Source: Clostridiales bacterium
Lineage (GTDB): Bacteria > Bacillota > Clostridia > Christensenellales > UBA1242
Assembly: GCA_015069325.1 (NCBI GenBank)
Contig: SVIV01000001.1
Span: 81,416 to 145,415 of the forward strand
Length of the DNA: 64,000 bases
Direction: 5' to 3'
The translations under genes and the position numbers were made by a program. Below are positions 37,182 through 46,950 of this stretch, one piece after another. Below the pieces are notes generated by a model. It had not been told where the DNA came from and did not search any database. It worked only from the letters and a program-made list of their open reading frames with translations. Within the stretch, counting starts at the first letter, position 1. Each line of letters begins with the position of its first letter.

Positions 37182-37541
37182 ATGCAAGAGCGAAAAGAAA
37201 AATTGGTTTTAACTTATTTGTGTAAGGTGTGTGATGCAAAACGGACTCATCTTATTTCGCCACACGATATTGCAAAATCTACCAGCAAGAAAATAATTTT
37301 ATCGGTAAGTGAAATTGATGAAATTATGTCAAGTTTAAGTTTGCAAAATTTTATAGACTTTGTTGTAAGTGATAGCAAAAATGGTTATTTTTACTGTGTA
37401 AAACTAAAGAAAAAAGGGCAAACATATTTAATTGATTCGCGCAAACAAAAAAAAGCATTAGGCTTGCTTGTTTTAAGAAGCATTTTTCTTGCAACAGTGA
37501 GCTTTGTGTTTGGTTTAATACTTCGTGCAATCTTTAAATAA
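37182..37541 (+). CDS. small winged-helix-like protein with C-terminal TM anchor (paralog B)
   Basis: ATG 37182 is preferred over TTG 37176. KLVLTYLCKVCDAKRTHLISPHDI...LSLQNFIDFVVSDSKNGYFYCVKL, then LGLLVLRSIFLATVSFVFGLILRAIF. TATAAT sits 8 nt upstream of the ATG. Confidence 0.65.
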   Translation: MQERKEKLVLTYLCKVCDAKRTHLISPHDIAKSTSKKIILSVSEIDEIMSSLSLQNFIDFVVSDSKNGYFYCVKLKKKGQTYLIDSRKQKKALGLLVLRSIFLATVSFVFGLILRAIFK

Positions 37542-37591
37542 ACTCTTTATTTTTTTTGATGATTGTGCTACAATAAAGAAAAGGAAGGGTA

Positions 37592-39553
37592 ATGGATTTT
37601 AAGTTAGAGTCAAAATATACTCCATCGGGCGACCAAGGTCAAGCCATTTCTAAACTTGTAGAAGGCTTTGATGACGGATTGAAAGAGCAAGTTTTGCTGG
37701 GGGTAACAGGTTCGGGTAAAACATTTACAATGGCAAATGTTATTCAAAAAATAAATAAGCCAACTCTTGTAATTGCTCACAACAAAACTTTGGCGGCACA
37801 ATTATGTAATGAATTTCGCGAATTTTTTCCACACAATGCAGTGGAATATTTTGTGTCATACTATGATTATTACCAACCAGAAGCCTACATTGCTTCAACG
37901 GATACGTATATTGAAAAAGATATGTCAATTAACGAAGAAATTGATAAACTTCGTGCAAGCGCAACAAATTCGCTTTTAGAGAGAAAAGATGTTATTATTG
38001 TTGCTTCAGTATCTTGCATTTATGGTTTGGGCAATCCAGAAGAATATTATAATTTACACCTTCCACTTCGAGAAGGACAAATGATTGATAGAGATGAAGT
38101 TATTTCTCGACTTATCAACATTCAATATACTCGTAATGATATTGATTTTAAGCGATCAACATTTAGGGTCAAAGGTGATACTATTGATGTTATGCCTTCA
38201 TCTCAATCCGAACTTGCTATTAAAATTCAATTTTTTGGTGACGAGATTGAAAAAATTTATAATTTCGAACCGGTTACAGGAAATTTAATCAATGAACTGA
38301 AGATGGTGGCTATTTACCCGGCCACACATTACGCAGTAGGGCAACAAAGAATGCAAAATGCACTTGTCCAAATAGAAAAGGATAGAGAGTTTGCAATTGA
38401 AAACTTTGAAAGGGAAGGGAAATTAATTGAAGCAGAAAGAATAGGGCAAAGAGTTGCTTACGATATTGAAATGATGAGAGAAGTAGGGTATTGCAGTGGA
38501 ATCGAAAACTATTCAAGATATTTTGATGGAAGAATGCCGGGCGAATCACCTTACACGTTACTCGATTATTTTCCAGATGACTTTTTAACAATCATTGATG
38601 AAAGCCATATGACGATTCCGCAAATTAGGGCAATGTATAATGGCGATAAAGCAAGAAAACAGTCTCTTGTTGATTTCGGGTTTAGGTTAGAATCTGCAAG
38701 AGATAACCGGCCACTTACTTTTGATGAGTTTTCTAAAAAACTTCGTCAAACAATGTATGTCTCTGCAACTCCTGCCTCTTATGAAATGACACAGGCGGGG
38801 CAAGTTGTTGAGCAAGTTATTCGCCCAACGGGATTATTAGATCCTACAATTGAAATAAAGCCAATAAAAAATCAAATCGAAATGCTTATGCTTGAAATAG
38901 AAAAAACAATTAAAAATGGTGCAAGAATTTTGGTTACAACACTCACAAAAAAAATGGCAGAAAGTTTGACTACATTTTTGCAGGAGCACAACTTTAAAAC
39001 AAAATATATGCACTCAGAAATTGATACTATGGAAAGGGTTGAAATTGTCAACGGACTTCGCGCAGGAGAGTTTGATGTTTTAGTAGGGATTAATCTTTTA
39101 AGAGAAGGGCTTGATATGCCGGAAGTGGAACTTGTCGCAATTCTTGATGCAGACAAAGAAGGATTTTTAAGAAGTGAAGGCGCTTTAATTCAAACAATAG
39201 GGCGTGCTGCAAGAAATGCAAACGGCAGGGTAATTATGTTTGCGGATTGCATAACAGATTCTATGAAAAGGGCGATAGAAAAAACAGAAAAGAGAAGGGC
39301 TTTGCAAGAAAAATACAATAAGGAAAATGGTATTGTGCCTAAAACGATTGTGAAAGAAATAAAAAATACACTAGAAATCACTAAAAAGGTAGAAAAAGAT
39401 AAACTTAGGAAGGAAGAAATTCCTGCCGAAATTGAAAAACTTAGCGCAATGATGAAAGTAGCATCTTCAAACCTTGACTTTGAAAGGGCGATAGAACTGC
39501 GAAATCAAATTCAAAAATTACGCAAAAAGCTTGATAAATTTACTAAAAAATAA
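37592..39553 (+). CDS. uvrB: excinuclease ABC subunit B
   Basis: [17 protein letters not shown] Walker [11 protein letters not shown] beta-hairpin region, DESHMT, helicase motifs, and C-terminal UVR domain [13 protein letters not shown]. Confidence 0.97.
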   Translation: MDFKLESKYTPSGDQGQAISKLVEGFDDGLKEQVLLGVTGSGKTFTMANVIQKINKPTLVIAHNKTLAAQLCNEFREFFPHNAVEYFVSYYDYYQPEAYIASTDTYIEKDMSINEEIDKLRASATNSLLERKDVIIVASVSCIYGLGNPEEYYNLHLPLREGQMIDRDEVISRLINIQYTRNDIDFKRSTFRVKGDTIDVMPSSQSELAIKIQFFGDEIEKIYNFEPVTGNLINELKMVAIYPATHYAVGQQRMQNALVQIEKDREFAIENFEREGKLIEAERIGQRVAYDIEMMREVGYCSGIENYSRYFDGRMPGESPYTLLDYFPDDFLTIIDESHMTIPQIRAMYNGDKARKQSLVDFGFRLESARDNRPLTFDEFSKKLRQTMYVSATPASYEMTQAGQVVEQVIRPTGLLDPTIEIKPIKNQIEMLMLEIEKTIKNGARILVTTLTKKMAESLTTFLQEHNFKTKYMHSEIDTMERVEIVNGLRAGEFDVLVGINLLREGLDMPEVELVAILDADKEGFLRSEGALIQTIGRAARNANGRVIMFADCITDSMKRAIEKTEKRRALQEKYNKENGIVPKTIVKEIKNTLEITKKVEKDKLRKEEIPAEIEKLSAMMKVASSNLDFERAIELRNQIQKLRKKLDKFTKK

Positions 39554-39561
39554 ACTCACTA

Positions 39562-39590
39562 TTGACAAATTACTAATATTATAGTAGAAT
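39562..39590 (+). promoter_or_regulatory. promoter of the small membrane-protein gene between uvrB and uvrA
   Basis: TTGACA (39562-39567), 17 nt, TAGAAT (39585-39590). Confidence 0.55.
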
Positions 39591-39611
39591 TATACCGAAT
39601 AGGAGAAAGAT

Positions 39612-40013
39612 ATGTATTTAGGAAACGGAATATGGCAAAAAAAGATGACCAGATCTGAAAAATGGGGCATTGTAAAAAAAGTGGCATATGTTACTGCATG
39701 TATATCTTATGCTACTTTTATTGCTTTTGGTTTTGGTATGAAAACTTATCAAAAAAATATAGATAAAAAAATCAATACATTAGCTGAAGAAAATGGATAT
39801 GTTGAGTCTGATAATATGGACACATATATGAAAAACAGTGAAAACGTTTCAAAAGAAGAGTATGCTGAATATACAAAGTTACAAAACAGAAGAGATAATA
39901 TAGCTACAGCGGCGGTAACAGGAATTATAATTGCAGGGGGAGTTGCTACTACTAGTGCAGTCGTAGGTGTTGTTGCTAAAGATAAAGAAGAAGAGATGTT
40001 TCCGATCTATTAA
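39612..40013 (+). CDS. small membrane protein (two predicted TM helices separated by a charged loop)
   Basis: SD AGGAGA. TM1 VAYVTACISYATFIAFGFG, TM2 AAVTGIIIAGGVATTSAVVGVVA, acidic tail. Confidence 0.6.
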   Translation: MYLGNGIWQKKMTRSEKWGIVKKVAYVTACISYATFIAFGFGMKTYQKNIDKKINTLAEENGYVESDNMDTYMKNSENVSKEEYAEYTKLQNRRDNIATAAVTGIIIAGGVATTSAVVGVVAKDKEEEMFPIY

Positions 40014-40017
40014 AAAC

Positions 40018-40047
40018 AAACAACATTGAAAAATGTTGTTTTTTTGT
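40018..40047 (+). terminator. rho-independent terminator
   Basis: AACAACATT (40019-40027) / AATGTTGTT (40032-40040), GAAA loop, T7 tail. Confidence 0.75.
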
Positions 40048-40097
40048 TTTAAAATTTGATATATTGTGTTAAAATTTAAATAAGAAAAGGAAATATT

Positions 40098-42926
40098 ATG
40101 AATAATTTGATAAAAATTAAAGGTGCAAAAGAAAACAATTTAAAAAACGTTGATTTAGAAATACCGAAAAATAAATTAGTCGTTTTTACAGGGGTTAGCG
40201 GATCGGGCAAGTCTAGCCTTGCTTTTGGCACCATTTTTGCGGAAGGACAAAGAAGATATATTGAAAGTTTATCGTCCTATGCCAGAATGTTTTTAGGACA
40301 AATGCAAAAGCCTGATGTTGAATCAATTGACGGACTTAGTCCTGCAGTTTCAATTGACCAAAAAACAACAAATCACAACCCACGTTCAACAGTAGGAACA
40401 GTCACTGAAATTTATGATTATATCAGGTTGTTGTTTGCTCGAGTGGGCACTCCATATTGCCCGCATTGCAAAAAGCCCATTTCGCAACAAAGTGTTGATC
40501 AAATTGTTGATGCCGTTCAAGCATATCCTATGGGTAGTAAACTAACAATACTTGCACCCGTTGTCCGAGGACAAAAAGGTGCATTTGTAAAACAACTTGA
40601 AAGCTATAAAAAGTCAGGATATGTTCGTGTGAAAATTGATGACAGCATTTACACACTTGATGAAGAAATTAATCTTGATAAAAACGTAAAACATAATATA
40701 AGCGTGGTAATTGATAGAATAATTTTAAAAGAAGGAATTTCTTCAAGATTGACCGATTCGGTTGAAACTGCGGTAAAATTATCGGAAGGATTAGTGGTTA
40801 TCGAAAGCGACGAAAAAGAAGAACTTTTCAGCACAAACTATGCTTGCCCAACTTGTGGGTGGATGCTTGAAGAAGTGTCGCCAAGATTATTTTCGTTCAA
40901 TGCACCATTTGGGGCGTGTCCGACTTGCGCAGGGCTTGGCGTCTATTCGGATATTGATGAAAAACTTATTTTAAAAGAAAGTCATTTATCTGTTAGGGAA
41001 GGTGCGTTTAATTGTGTTGGTTGGAGAATGGATAACGGCGGACTAGCAGAAAAATATTTAACTGCAATAGGCAAAAAATATGATATTGATTTAGACTGTC
41101 CTGTTGACAACTTGCCTAGAAAGAAGTTGGAAATATTATTATATGGCAATAATGGCGAAGAATTAGATCTTTATGAAAACGATAGACAAAATAAGACGTT
41201 TGAAAGATATAACGGGAAAAGGGCGCTATCTTTTGAAGGAATTGTAAACAATTTAAAAAGACGTCTTGTAGAAGCAAAAAGTGAATTTGTGAGATGGGAA
41301 ATAGGAAAGTTTGTTCACGAAATTACCTGTCCTACTTGTAAGGGACAAAGATTAAGTGAAGGCGCTCTTTCAATAAAAATTAAAAGTGAGAATATTTCGC
41401 AAGTTTGCGAAAAAACAGTTGAAAGATTATTGACTTATTTTGATGACCTAAAATTAACAAAAGAACAACAAGAGATTGCTCAGCCTATTTTAAAAGAAAT
41501 TAATGCAAGATTAACGTTTTTATCAGATGTTGGTCTTGACTATCTGTCTTTGTCTCGTTCGGCAGAAACGCTTTCTGGGGGAGAAGCACAAAGAATTAGG
41601 CTTGCCACACAAATTGGAAGTGGTCTTTCGGGAGTTTTATATATTTTAGATGAACCATCAATTGGTCTTCATCAAAGAGATAACGATCGGCTTATTGGCA
41701 CATTAAAAAACTTAAGAGATTTGGGCAATACTTTGATTGTAGTAGAACACGATGAAGACACTATTCGTTCGGCAGATTGGATTGTTGATGTTGGTCCTTA
41801 TGCGGGAATTAATGGTGGTGAAATTGTTGGGAATGGAACGATTGACGATATACTGAATAACAACAATTCAATTACTGCAAAGTTTTTATCGGGAGAAGAA
41901 AAAATAGAAGTGCCAACCGAGAGACGAAAGTCGGAAAAAGTTTTAAGTGTGAAAGGTGCAAAGCAAAACAATTTAAAAAATATAGATGTAGATATTCCTA
42001 TAGGCGTGTTTACTTGTATTACGGGAGTTAGTGGATCAGGAAAATCTTCTCTTTTAAATGACATTATTTATCCATATCTTTCAAACGAACTTAACAACAG
42101 TAAACTTGAAATAGGAAACTTTGATAAGATTGAAAATGTTGAAAATTTAGATAAAGTAATTAATATTGATCAGTCTCCAATTGGCAGAACTCCACGATCA
42201 AATCCTGCAACATATGTTGGGCTTTTTACTCCTATAAGAGAACTATTTGCATCAACTCCTGATGCTAAAGCAAGGGGGTATTCGTCAGGAAGGTTTAGTT
42301 TTAATGTAAAAGGTGGACGTTGCGAACATTGTGAAGGAGCAGGTGTAAAGGAAATTGAAATGTATTTCTTACCAGATATTACAGTTCCTTGCGAATCGTG
42401 TAAAGGGCATAGGTATAACAGAGAAACATTAGAAGTGCATTATAAAGGGAAAACCATTTCTGATGTGCTTGAAATGACGGTTGATGAAGCAGTGAAATTT
42501 TTTGAAAATATACCAGCAATTAAGAATAAAGTTCAAGCGCTTCAAGATGTTGGGCTTGGATATATAAAACTAGGACAACCTGCGACAACGCTTTCTGGGG
42601 GAGAAGCACAAAGAGTCAAACTTGCCACCGAACTTTCACGCAAGTCAACAGGTAAGACAATATATCTTTTAGATGAACCGACAACAGGGCTTCATTCATA
42701 CGATGTGAGAAAATTAATTTCTATTTTAAATCGTTTGGTAGAAAACGGGAATACAGTTGTAGTTATTGAACATAATTTAGATGTCATAAAATGTGCAGAT
42801 CATATTATTGACCTTGGCCCAGAAGGCGGAGATAAAGGCGGAAAAATTGTGGCACAAGGTTCACCAGAAGAAGTTGTAAAAAATAAAAGCTCATATACAG
42901 CTAAATATTTGAAAAAATATTTATAA
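40098..42926 (+). CDS. uvrA: excinuclease ABC subunit A
   Basis: 942 aa. Two ABC modules (GVSGSGKSSLAF; GVSGSGKSSLLN; two LSGGEAQR signatures) and zinc-finger cysteines CPHC...CPTC / CEHCEGAG...CESCKG. Confidence 0.97.
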   Translation: MNNLIKIKGAKENNLKNVDLEIPKNKLVVFTGVSGSGKSSLAFGTIFAEGQRRYIESLSSYARMFLGQMQKPDVESIDGLSPAVSIDQKTTNHNPRSTVGTVTEIYDYIRLLFARVGTPYCPHCKKPISQQSVDQIVDAVQAYPMGSKLTILAPVVRGQKGAFVKQLESYKKSGYVRVKIDDSIYTLDEEINLDKNVKHNISVVIDRIILKEGISSRLTDSVETAVKLSEGLVVIESDEKEELFSTNYACPTCGWMLEEVSPRLFSFNAPFGACPTCAGLGVYSDIDEKLILKESHLSVREGAFNCVGWRMDNGGLAEKYLTAIGKKYDIDLDCPVDNLPRKKLEILLYGNNGEELDLYENDRQNKTFERYNGKRALSFEGIVNNLKRRLVEAKSEFVRWEIGKFVHEITCPTCKGQRLSEGALSIKIKSENISQVCEKTVERLLTYFDDLKLTKEQQEIAQPILKEINARLTFLSDVGLDYLSLSRSAETLSGGEAQRIRLATQIGSGLSGVLYILDEPSIGLHQRDNDRLIGTLKNLRDLGNTLIVVEHDEDTIRSADWIVDVGPYAGINGGEIVGNGTIDDILNNNNSITAKFLSGEEKIEVPTERRKSEKVLSVKGAKQNNLKNIDVDIPIGVFTCITGVSGSGKSSLLNDIIYPYLSNELNNSKLEIGNFDKIENVENLDKVINIDQSPIGRTPRSNPATYVGLFTPIRELFASTPDAKARGYSSGRFSFNVKGGRCEHCEGAGVKEIEMYFLPDITVPCESCKGHRYNRETLEVHYKGKTISDVLEMTVDEAVKFFENIPAIKNKVQALQDVGLGYIKLGQPATTLSGGEAQRVKLATELSRKSTGKTIYLLDEPTTGLHSYDVRKLISILNRLVENGNTVVVIEHNLDVIKCADHIIDLGPEGGDKGGKIVAQGSPEEVVKNKSSYTAKYLKKYL

Positions 42927-42935
42927 CCGAAATAA

Positions 42936-42962
42936 AAAAACACATTAAAAATGTGTTTTTTT
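42936..42962 (+). terminator. rho-independent terminator after uvrA
   Basis: AAAAACACATT / AATGTGTTTTT, short A loop, T run. Confidence 0.8.
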
Positions 42963-42973
42963 GTTTGATTTAG

Positions 42974-43002
42974 TTGTAAAGATTGAAAAATTATGTTAAA
43001 AT
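42974..43002 (+). promoter_or_regulatory. promoter placing the TSS at or next to the ATG of the LRR protein gene
   Basis: TTGTAA (42974-42979), 17 nt, TGtTAAAAT (hexamer 42997-43002). The ATG at 43010 is 7 nt downstream, and there is no SD. Confidence 0.55.
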
Positions 43003-43009
43003 ACAAGTA

Positions 43010-44215
43010 ATGATATGGAGTAGGTTTAGAAAATTTGCATATATAGGGTTGTTTGTATTTCTCATTTGTCTTGGAATGGGAATGGGTATTTTTGCGTTAG
43101 TAAGTGCAACTATTAATCCATATTTGAGCATTTATTATGCAGCTGCTGTCCCAACTTTAGATAAATCAGCTATTCAAACATATACAAACGCATCAAAAGT
43201 TGTGGTTGATACGTTTACTAGTGCAGGTAATGATTATCGCGACAGCTCAGGGACAAATTTAATTGCAGGTGCAACAGGTACAAATATAAGTTCAAGTGGC
43301 AGTGGAAGTATTTATGCTTATTATAAAAGTGCTACGTTATACATTCTTAGTCCTGAAAAGATTGTATTGCCACAAGATTCAAGTGAATTATTTAAAGACT
43401 TTTCACGCTTAACAGAAGTTCAATTAAATGCTGTTGATACTTCCAATGTTTCAAATTTCTCTAAGATGTTTTATAATTGTAAATTATCTAGTTTGGATTT
43501 GACAAATTTAGATACTTATAGTGCCACAGATATGTCGTATATGTTTTACGGTTGTGAAAATCTCACATCACTAGACTTATCAAATTTTAAAACAACTAGA
43601 GTTACAGATATGTCGTTTATGTTTTATGGTTGCAATAATCTTACTAGTTTAGATTTGTCATCATTTAATACATCAAACGTAACAGATATGTCGGGAATGT
43701 TTTGGCAAGAATATACTGGCACGCCAAAATTAACTTCAATTAATCTATCTTTCTTCAACACTGCAAATGTAACAGATATGTCATATATGTTTAAAGGCTG
43801 TGCAGGCCTTATAAACTTAAATTTATCTCATTTTAATACAGAAAAAGTTGTTGATATGGGGTATATGTTTTCTGACTGCAAAGGCTTGACGTCTTTGAAT
43901 GTTACAAGTTTTAATACAACAAATGTTGTTGATATGTCAAATATGTTTTATACTTGCAACGCACTTACAAGTTTAGATCTTTCAAGCTTTAATACATCAA
44001 ACGTGTTATATATGAATGCAATGTTTGCAAAATGCGAAAATTTGACTACCATTTATGCAAGCGCAAAATGGTCAACTGTAAGTGTTGTAAGTAGCAATAG
44101 TATGTTTTATGATTGTGTGAAACTACGTGGAAATATTAGTTACAGCGAAAGCGTAGTTGATGCATCGCGTGCCCATTATTCAACAAATGGATATTTGACA
44201 TACAAAGCAAATTAA
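43010..44215 (+). CDS. BspA-family / DUF285-type leucine-rich-repeat surface protein
   Basis: N-terminal TM FAYIGLFVFLICLGMGMGIFALV. About 9 repeats of ~25 aa such as LDLSNFKTTRVTDMSFMFYGCNNLTSLDLSSFNTSNVTDMSGMF. Confidence 0.85.
   Translation: MIWSRFRKFAYIGLFVFLICLGMGMGIFALVSATINPYLSIYYAAAVPTLDKSAIQTYTNASKVVVDTFTSAGNDYRDSSGTNLIAGATGTNISSSGSGSIYAYYKSATLYILSPEKIVLPQDSSELFKDFSRLTEVQLNAVDTSNVSNFSKMFYNCKLSSLDLTNLDTYSATDMSYMFYGCENLTSLDLSNFKTTRVTDMSFMFYGCNNLTSLDLSSFNTSNVTDMSGMFWQEYTGTPKLTSINLSFFNTANVTDMSYMFKGCAGLINLNLSHFNTEKVVDMGYMFSDCKGLTSLNVTSFNTTNVVDMSNMFYTCNALTSLDLSSFNTSNVLYMNAMFAKCENLTTIYASAKWSTVSVVSSNSMFYDCVKLRGNISYSESVVDASRAHYSTNGYLTYKAN
43425..44060 (+). repeat. ~75-nt tandem coding repeats (LRR units) inside the BspA-like gene
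   Basis: Recurrent ...aatacatcaaacgtaacagatatgtc...atgttttatggttgc...cttac[at]agtttagat... units, visible at DNA and protein level. Confidence 0.7.
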
Positions 44216-44228
44216 GGTTTTAATTTAT

Positions 44229-44261
44229 AAAAAATCACTTCAAGTAAGAAGTGATTTTTTT
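44229..44261. terminator. bidirectional terminator shared by convergent genes
   Basis: ATCACTTC (44234-44241) / GAAGTGAT (44248-44255), 6-nt loop, flanked by an A run and a T run. Confidence 0.75.
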
Positions 44262-44361
44262 GTTGAGTGGTTAAAATCAAAATGTTTTTTCACAATTATT
44301 TTATAAATCATAAGCCATTATTAAATAAAACAAAAAATTATATTTAATTTTGCAAATTTGC

Positions 44362-45999
44362 CTATTTCTCTAAAAACAGTTGGTCTTCAAGTTTATCTTG
44401 ATTGTATTTTTCAAGTTGAGAAGGGGAAAGGTGATGAGCATTTAAAATATTTTTCATTTTATTATCTGCAGTAAGTAAGCTTCTTTCTTTAAGCTCTGAG
44501 ATTGTGAAAGTTAAATTTCTAGGTCTGAATCTTGTGCATAAAGTTAACCTTGGGTCTGCCTTTACAAGCTTATAAAAATCTTTGATTATTCTTTCGTGGA
44601 ATGGGCCGGTAACAAGTTGTAGTGTTCCTATCAATTTTTTGTCAAAAACAACATCTTCAATGTCGAGATTTAATCCCATTTTTTTTCTGACGTTTGCAAA
44701 GACATCTTTGCATTTGTTAAGTTCGTTATATCTGTCGTGTAGTTTTTCTAATAATTTAAGAATATTTTTTTGAATTCTGACTATCGCGAGATGTTTCTCT
44801 TCTTTAGTATAGAGATTAACATTATACTGTTCGGCAATTAATTCAAGTTGGGTTTCAAGTTTTGCAAATCCAGCCTTTCTATGAAAATTTTTCATAAGAA
44901 ATTCCATTGTTTTAGTAATTTCAATAAGTTTTTTATCAATGATTTTGTTGAAAGAATTTAATTGTTTTTTAGTATAATTTTCTAAAGTTAATGCTTTCTT
45001 TTCAATTTCAGTTTGCTGTTCTTTTTCAGTTAATGCACTTACTTCTCTTAAAATTTGATTAGCAATTTTTTCTGCTTCTTTATCATACTTATTTAAAATG
45101 TTAGTAATTTGTGAAACGGGGCTTTTTTCAGCAAGAATAGTTGGAATGTTTTTAATTCTTGCAAATAAGTTTAAAGCTAAATTATTATATTTATCAATTT
45201 CACTAAATCCCATTTTGTCCATTACAATTGCCAAAACAATACTTGATTTATATTCATTGACAACGTCATCGTTATCAGTTTGAGTTTTTATATATTTTTC
45301 TTTTATGAAATTTATAATAGCAGGTGAATTTTGTATTTGTCCATTTTTAAGCAGCTCAATTGCCTCTGTGATTGAATTAATAGGTTGATTGTTGTTAGCC
45401 ATTTCAGTAAATGTCTTATAGTCAAACCATTTTGAAAAATTATTTATTTGTGAATTTGAAGAAAATGCAATTCCAAGATATGTTTGAATGGTTTCTTTAT
45501 TTACTCCAAGATCTTCGTCAAGATTATCAATAGATGCATTTAAATTTGTTCTCAAATCTCTAATAGAAACATCTCGATATTCTTTTGAAAGAGAAAGCGA
45601 AACAAAAAGTTCTTGCAATTTTATTGAAAGTTCTATTTCATCATTAGGGTTGATAAGATTGTTTACAATATTTCCGCACCAAACCAAAGAAGGAATATCG
45701 GTGCACGAAAAATCAATATTAAATGCTAATGCGATTTTTTCAAGAAATGCACAAGTTTGAAAGTCGTAATCGGCAAGAGAATTGAGAAAGTCTATTACAG
45801 TGATAGGTTTTTCAATTGTTATTGCAAGTTTATTGAATTTGTTTTTAGAATTGTAAGCTATTGCCAAAGCAGCTAATGAGTTAAAGTTTTTTTGCAAGAG
45901 AGTTTTTGAGATGCCGTCTATTTTAAAGTCGAGTCCCGCTAAACTAGAAGTGGTTTCGCTGTTGATTAATTGAGGCAGCTTGCTAAGTAATTTTGTCAT
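44362..45999 (-). CDS. hypothetical 545-aa cytoplasmic protein, helical/coiled-coil rich, no recognised domain
   Basis: Start moved to ATG 45999 (AGGAGA 6 nt upstream). Own promoter (TTGAAA, 17 nt, TGtTAAAAT on the minus strand at ~46020-46050) and own terminators on both sides. Confidence 0.7.
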   Translation of the reverse strand: MTKLLSKLPQLINSETTSSLAGLDFKIDGISKTLLQKNFNSLAALAIAYNSKNKFNKLAITIEKPITVIDFLNSLADYDFQTCAFLEKIALAFNIDFSCTDIPSLVWCGNIVNNLINPNDEIELSIKLQELFVSLSLSKEYRDVSIRDLRTNLNASIDNLDEDLGVNKETIQTYLGIAFSSNSQINNFSKWFDYKTFTEMANNNQPINSITEAIELLKNGQIQNSPAIINFIKEKYIKTQTDNDDVVNEYKSSIVLAIVMDKMGFSEIDKYNNLALNLFARIKNIPTILAEKSPVSQITNILNKYDKEAEKIANQILREVSALTEKEQQTEIEKKALTLENYTKKQLNSFNKIIDKKLIEITKTMEFLMKNFHRKAGFAKLETQLELIAEQYNVNLYTKEEKHLAIVRIQKNILKLLEKLHDRYNELNKCKDVFANVRKKMGLNLDIEDVVFDKKLIGTLQLVTGPFHERIIKDFYKLVKADPRLTLCTRFRPRNLTFTISELKERSLLTADNKMKNILNAHHLSPSQLEKYNQDKLEDQLFLEK

Positions 46000-46082
46000 A
46001 ATGTTTCTCCTTATTTTTTTTATTTTAACATATATTGTTCTTCGTTTCAATATGCGATTTTTAAAAATAAGAGATTTTTAAT

Positions 46083-46112
46083 AAAAAAATAGCAAATTTA
46101 TTGCTATTTTTA
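46083..46112 (-). terminator. terminator after the MBL-fold gene
   Basis: AATAGCAA (46088-46095) / TTGCTATT (46101-46108), 5-nt loop. The A7 on the plus strand gives a U run on the minus strand. Confidence 0.7.
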
Positions 46113-46117
46113 TTGAA

Positions 46118-46906
46118 TTATTGTCTTTTTAATCTAAAAAATGCTCCTATATTTTGTGTTGCAACATCAATTCTAATATCCTGTCCTTCAATAATGCCCT
46201 TTTTCGATAGTTCATTTGTAATAAACTTATATGCCAAAAGTGGCGAGTTGTTTTCTTCGCTTAGGTGAGATAAAATTACTTGTCTTGTTCCAGTTTTTGC
46301 TAAAAATTCAATTACTTCACTACTTGCAAGGTTGGATAGGTGGCCATTTGGTCCGTCAATCCTTCTTTTTAATGAGTATGGATATTTGGTGCCTTTCATA
46401 AGTAAGTCTCGGTCATAATTTGCTTCTAAATAAACAATTTGACTTCCTTTAATAGCGTTTAAAATTCGGTCATTAGTATGTCCCAAGTCGGTGAGAATGC
46501 TGATTTTATTTTGATTTTCCAAAAAAGAAAATGAAAAACAACTTACGTCGTGTGGAACTTCAATAGGGCTTATTGTAAGAGAGCCAAACGAAAAGTCGCC
46601 TTCGAAATGTTTGCGATTTTCGATTCGCACCTTAACAAGTTTACTGTCCAAACCTTGCCAAACAGTATGATGTGCATATACAGGGGTATTAAATCTGCTT
46701 GAAAAAATGTCTAATCCTTTTATATGGTCGCTATGTTCGTGAGTTATGATTATTGCATCAATTTCTTGTGGGCTGATACCACATTTATCAAGTCGATTAC
46801 AAGCTTCCTGACAAGAAAGACCTATGTCCAAGATTATCTTCTTGTCCATACTTTCTATGTATGTTAAATTGCCTTTGCTTCCGCTTGATAAATTTATTAC
46901 TCGCAT
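46118..46906 (-). CDS. MBL-fold metallo-hydrolase (YycJ/WalJ-like)
   Basis: MRVINLSSGSKGNLTYIE...IIITHEHSDHIKGL (HxHxDH)...VPHD...HLS. No SD; the promoter abuts the ATG. Confidence 0.85.
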   Translation of the reverse strand: MRVINLSSGSKGNLTYIESMDKKIILDIGLSCQEACNRLDKCGISPQEIDAIIITHEHSDHIKGLDIFSSRFNTPVYAHHTVWQGLDSKLVKVRIENRKHFEGDFSFGSLTISPIEVPHDVSCFSFSFLENQNKISILTDLGHTNDRILNAIKGSQIVYLEANYDRDLLMKGTKYPYSLKRRIDGPNGHLSNLASSEVIEFLAKTGTRQVILSHLSEENNSPLLAYKFITNELSKKGIIEGQDIRIDVATQNIGAFFRLKRQ

Positions 46907-46912
46907 AGTCGA

Positions 46913-46941
46913 ATTATATCATAATCAATAGAATTATGCAA
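46913..46941 (-). promoter_or_regulatory. near-consensus promoter whose TSS should coincide with the MBL ATG
   Basis: Minus strand: TTGCAT (46941-46936), 17 nt, TGaTATAAT (hexamer 46918-46913), 6 nt (TCGACT), ATG at 46906. Confidence 0.6.
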
Positions 46942-46950
46942 GCAAGGTTG

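Noticed and set aside
36000-37600. radC plus small regulators as a possible mobile-element or defence island next to the giant gene.
   Set aside because: No integrase, relaxase, restriction-modification, toxin-antitoxin or other defence hallmark is nearby, and the flanks are core genes (uvrB). There is only the in-frame stop and the paralog pair, which are reported separately.
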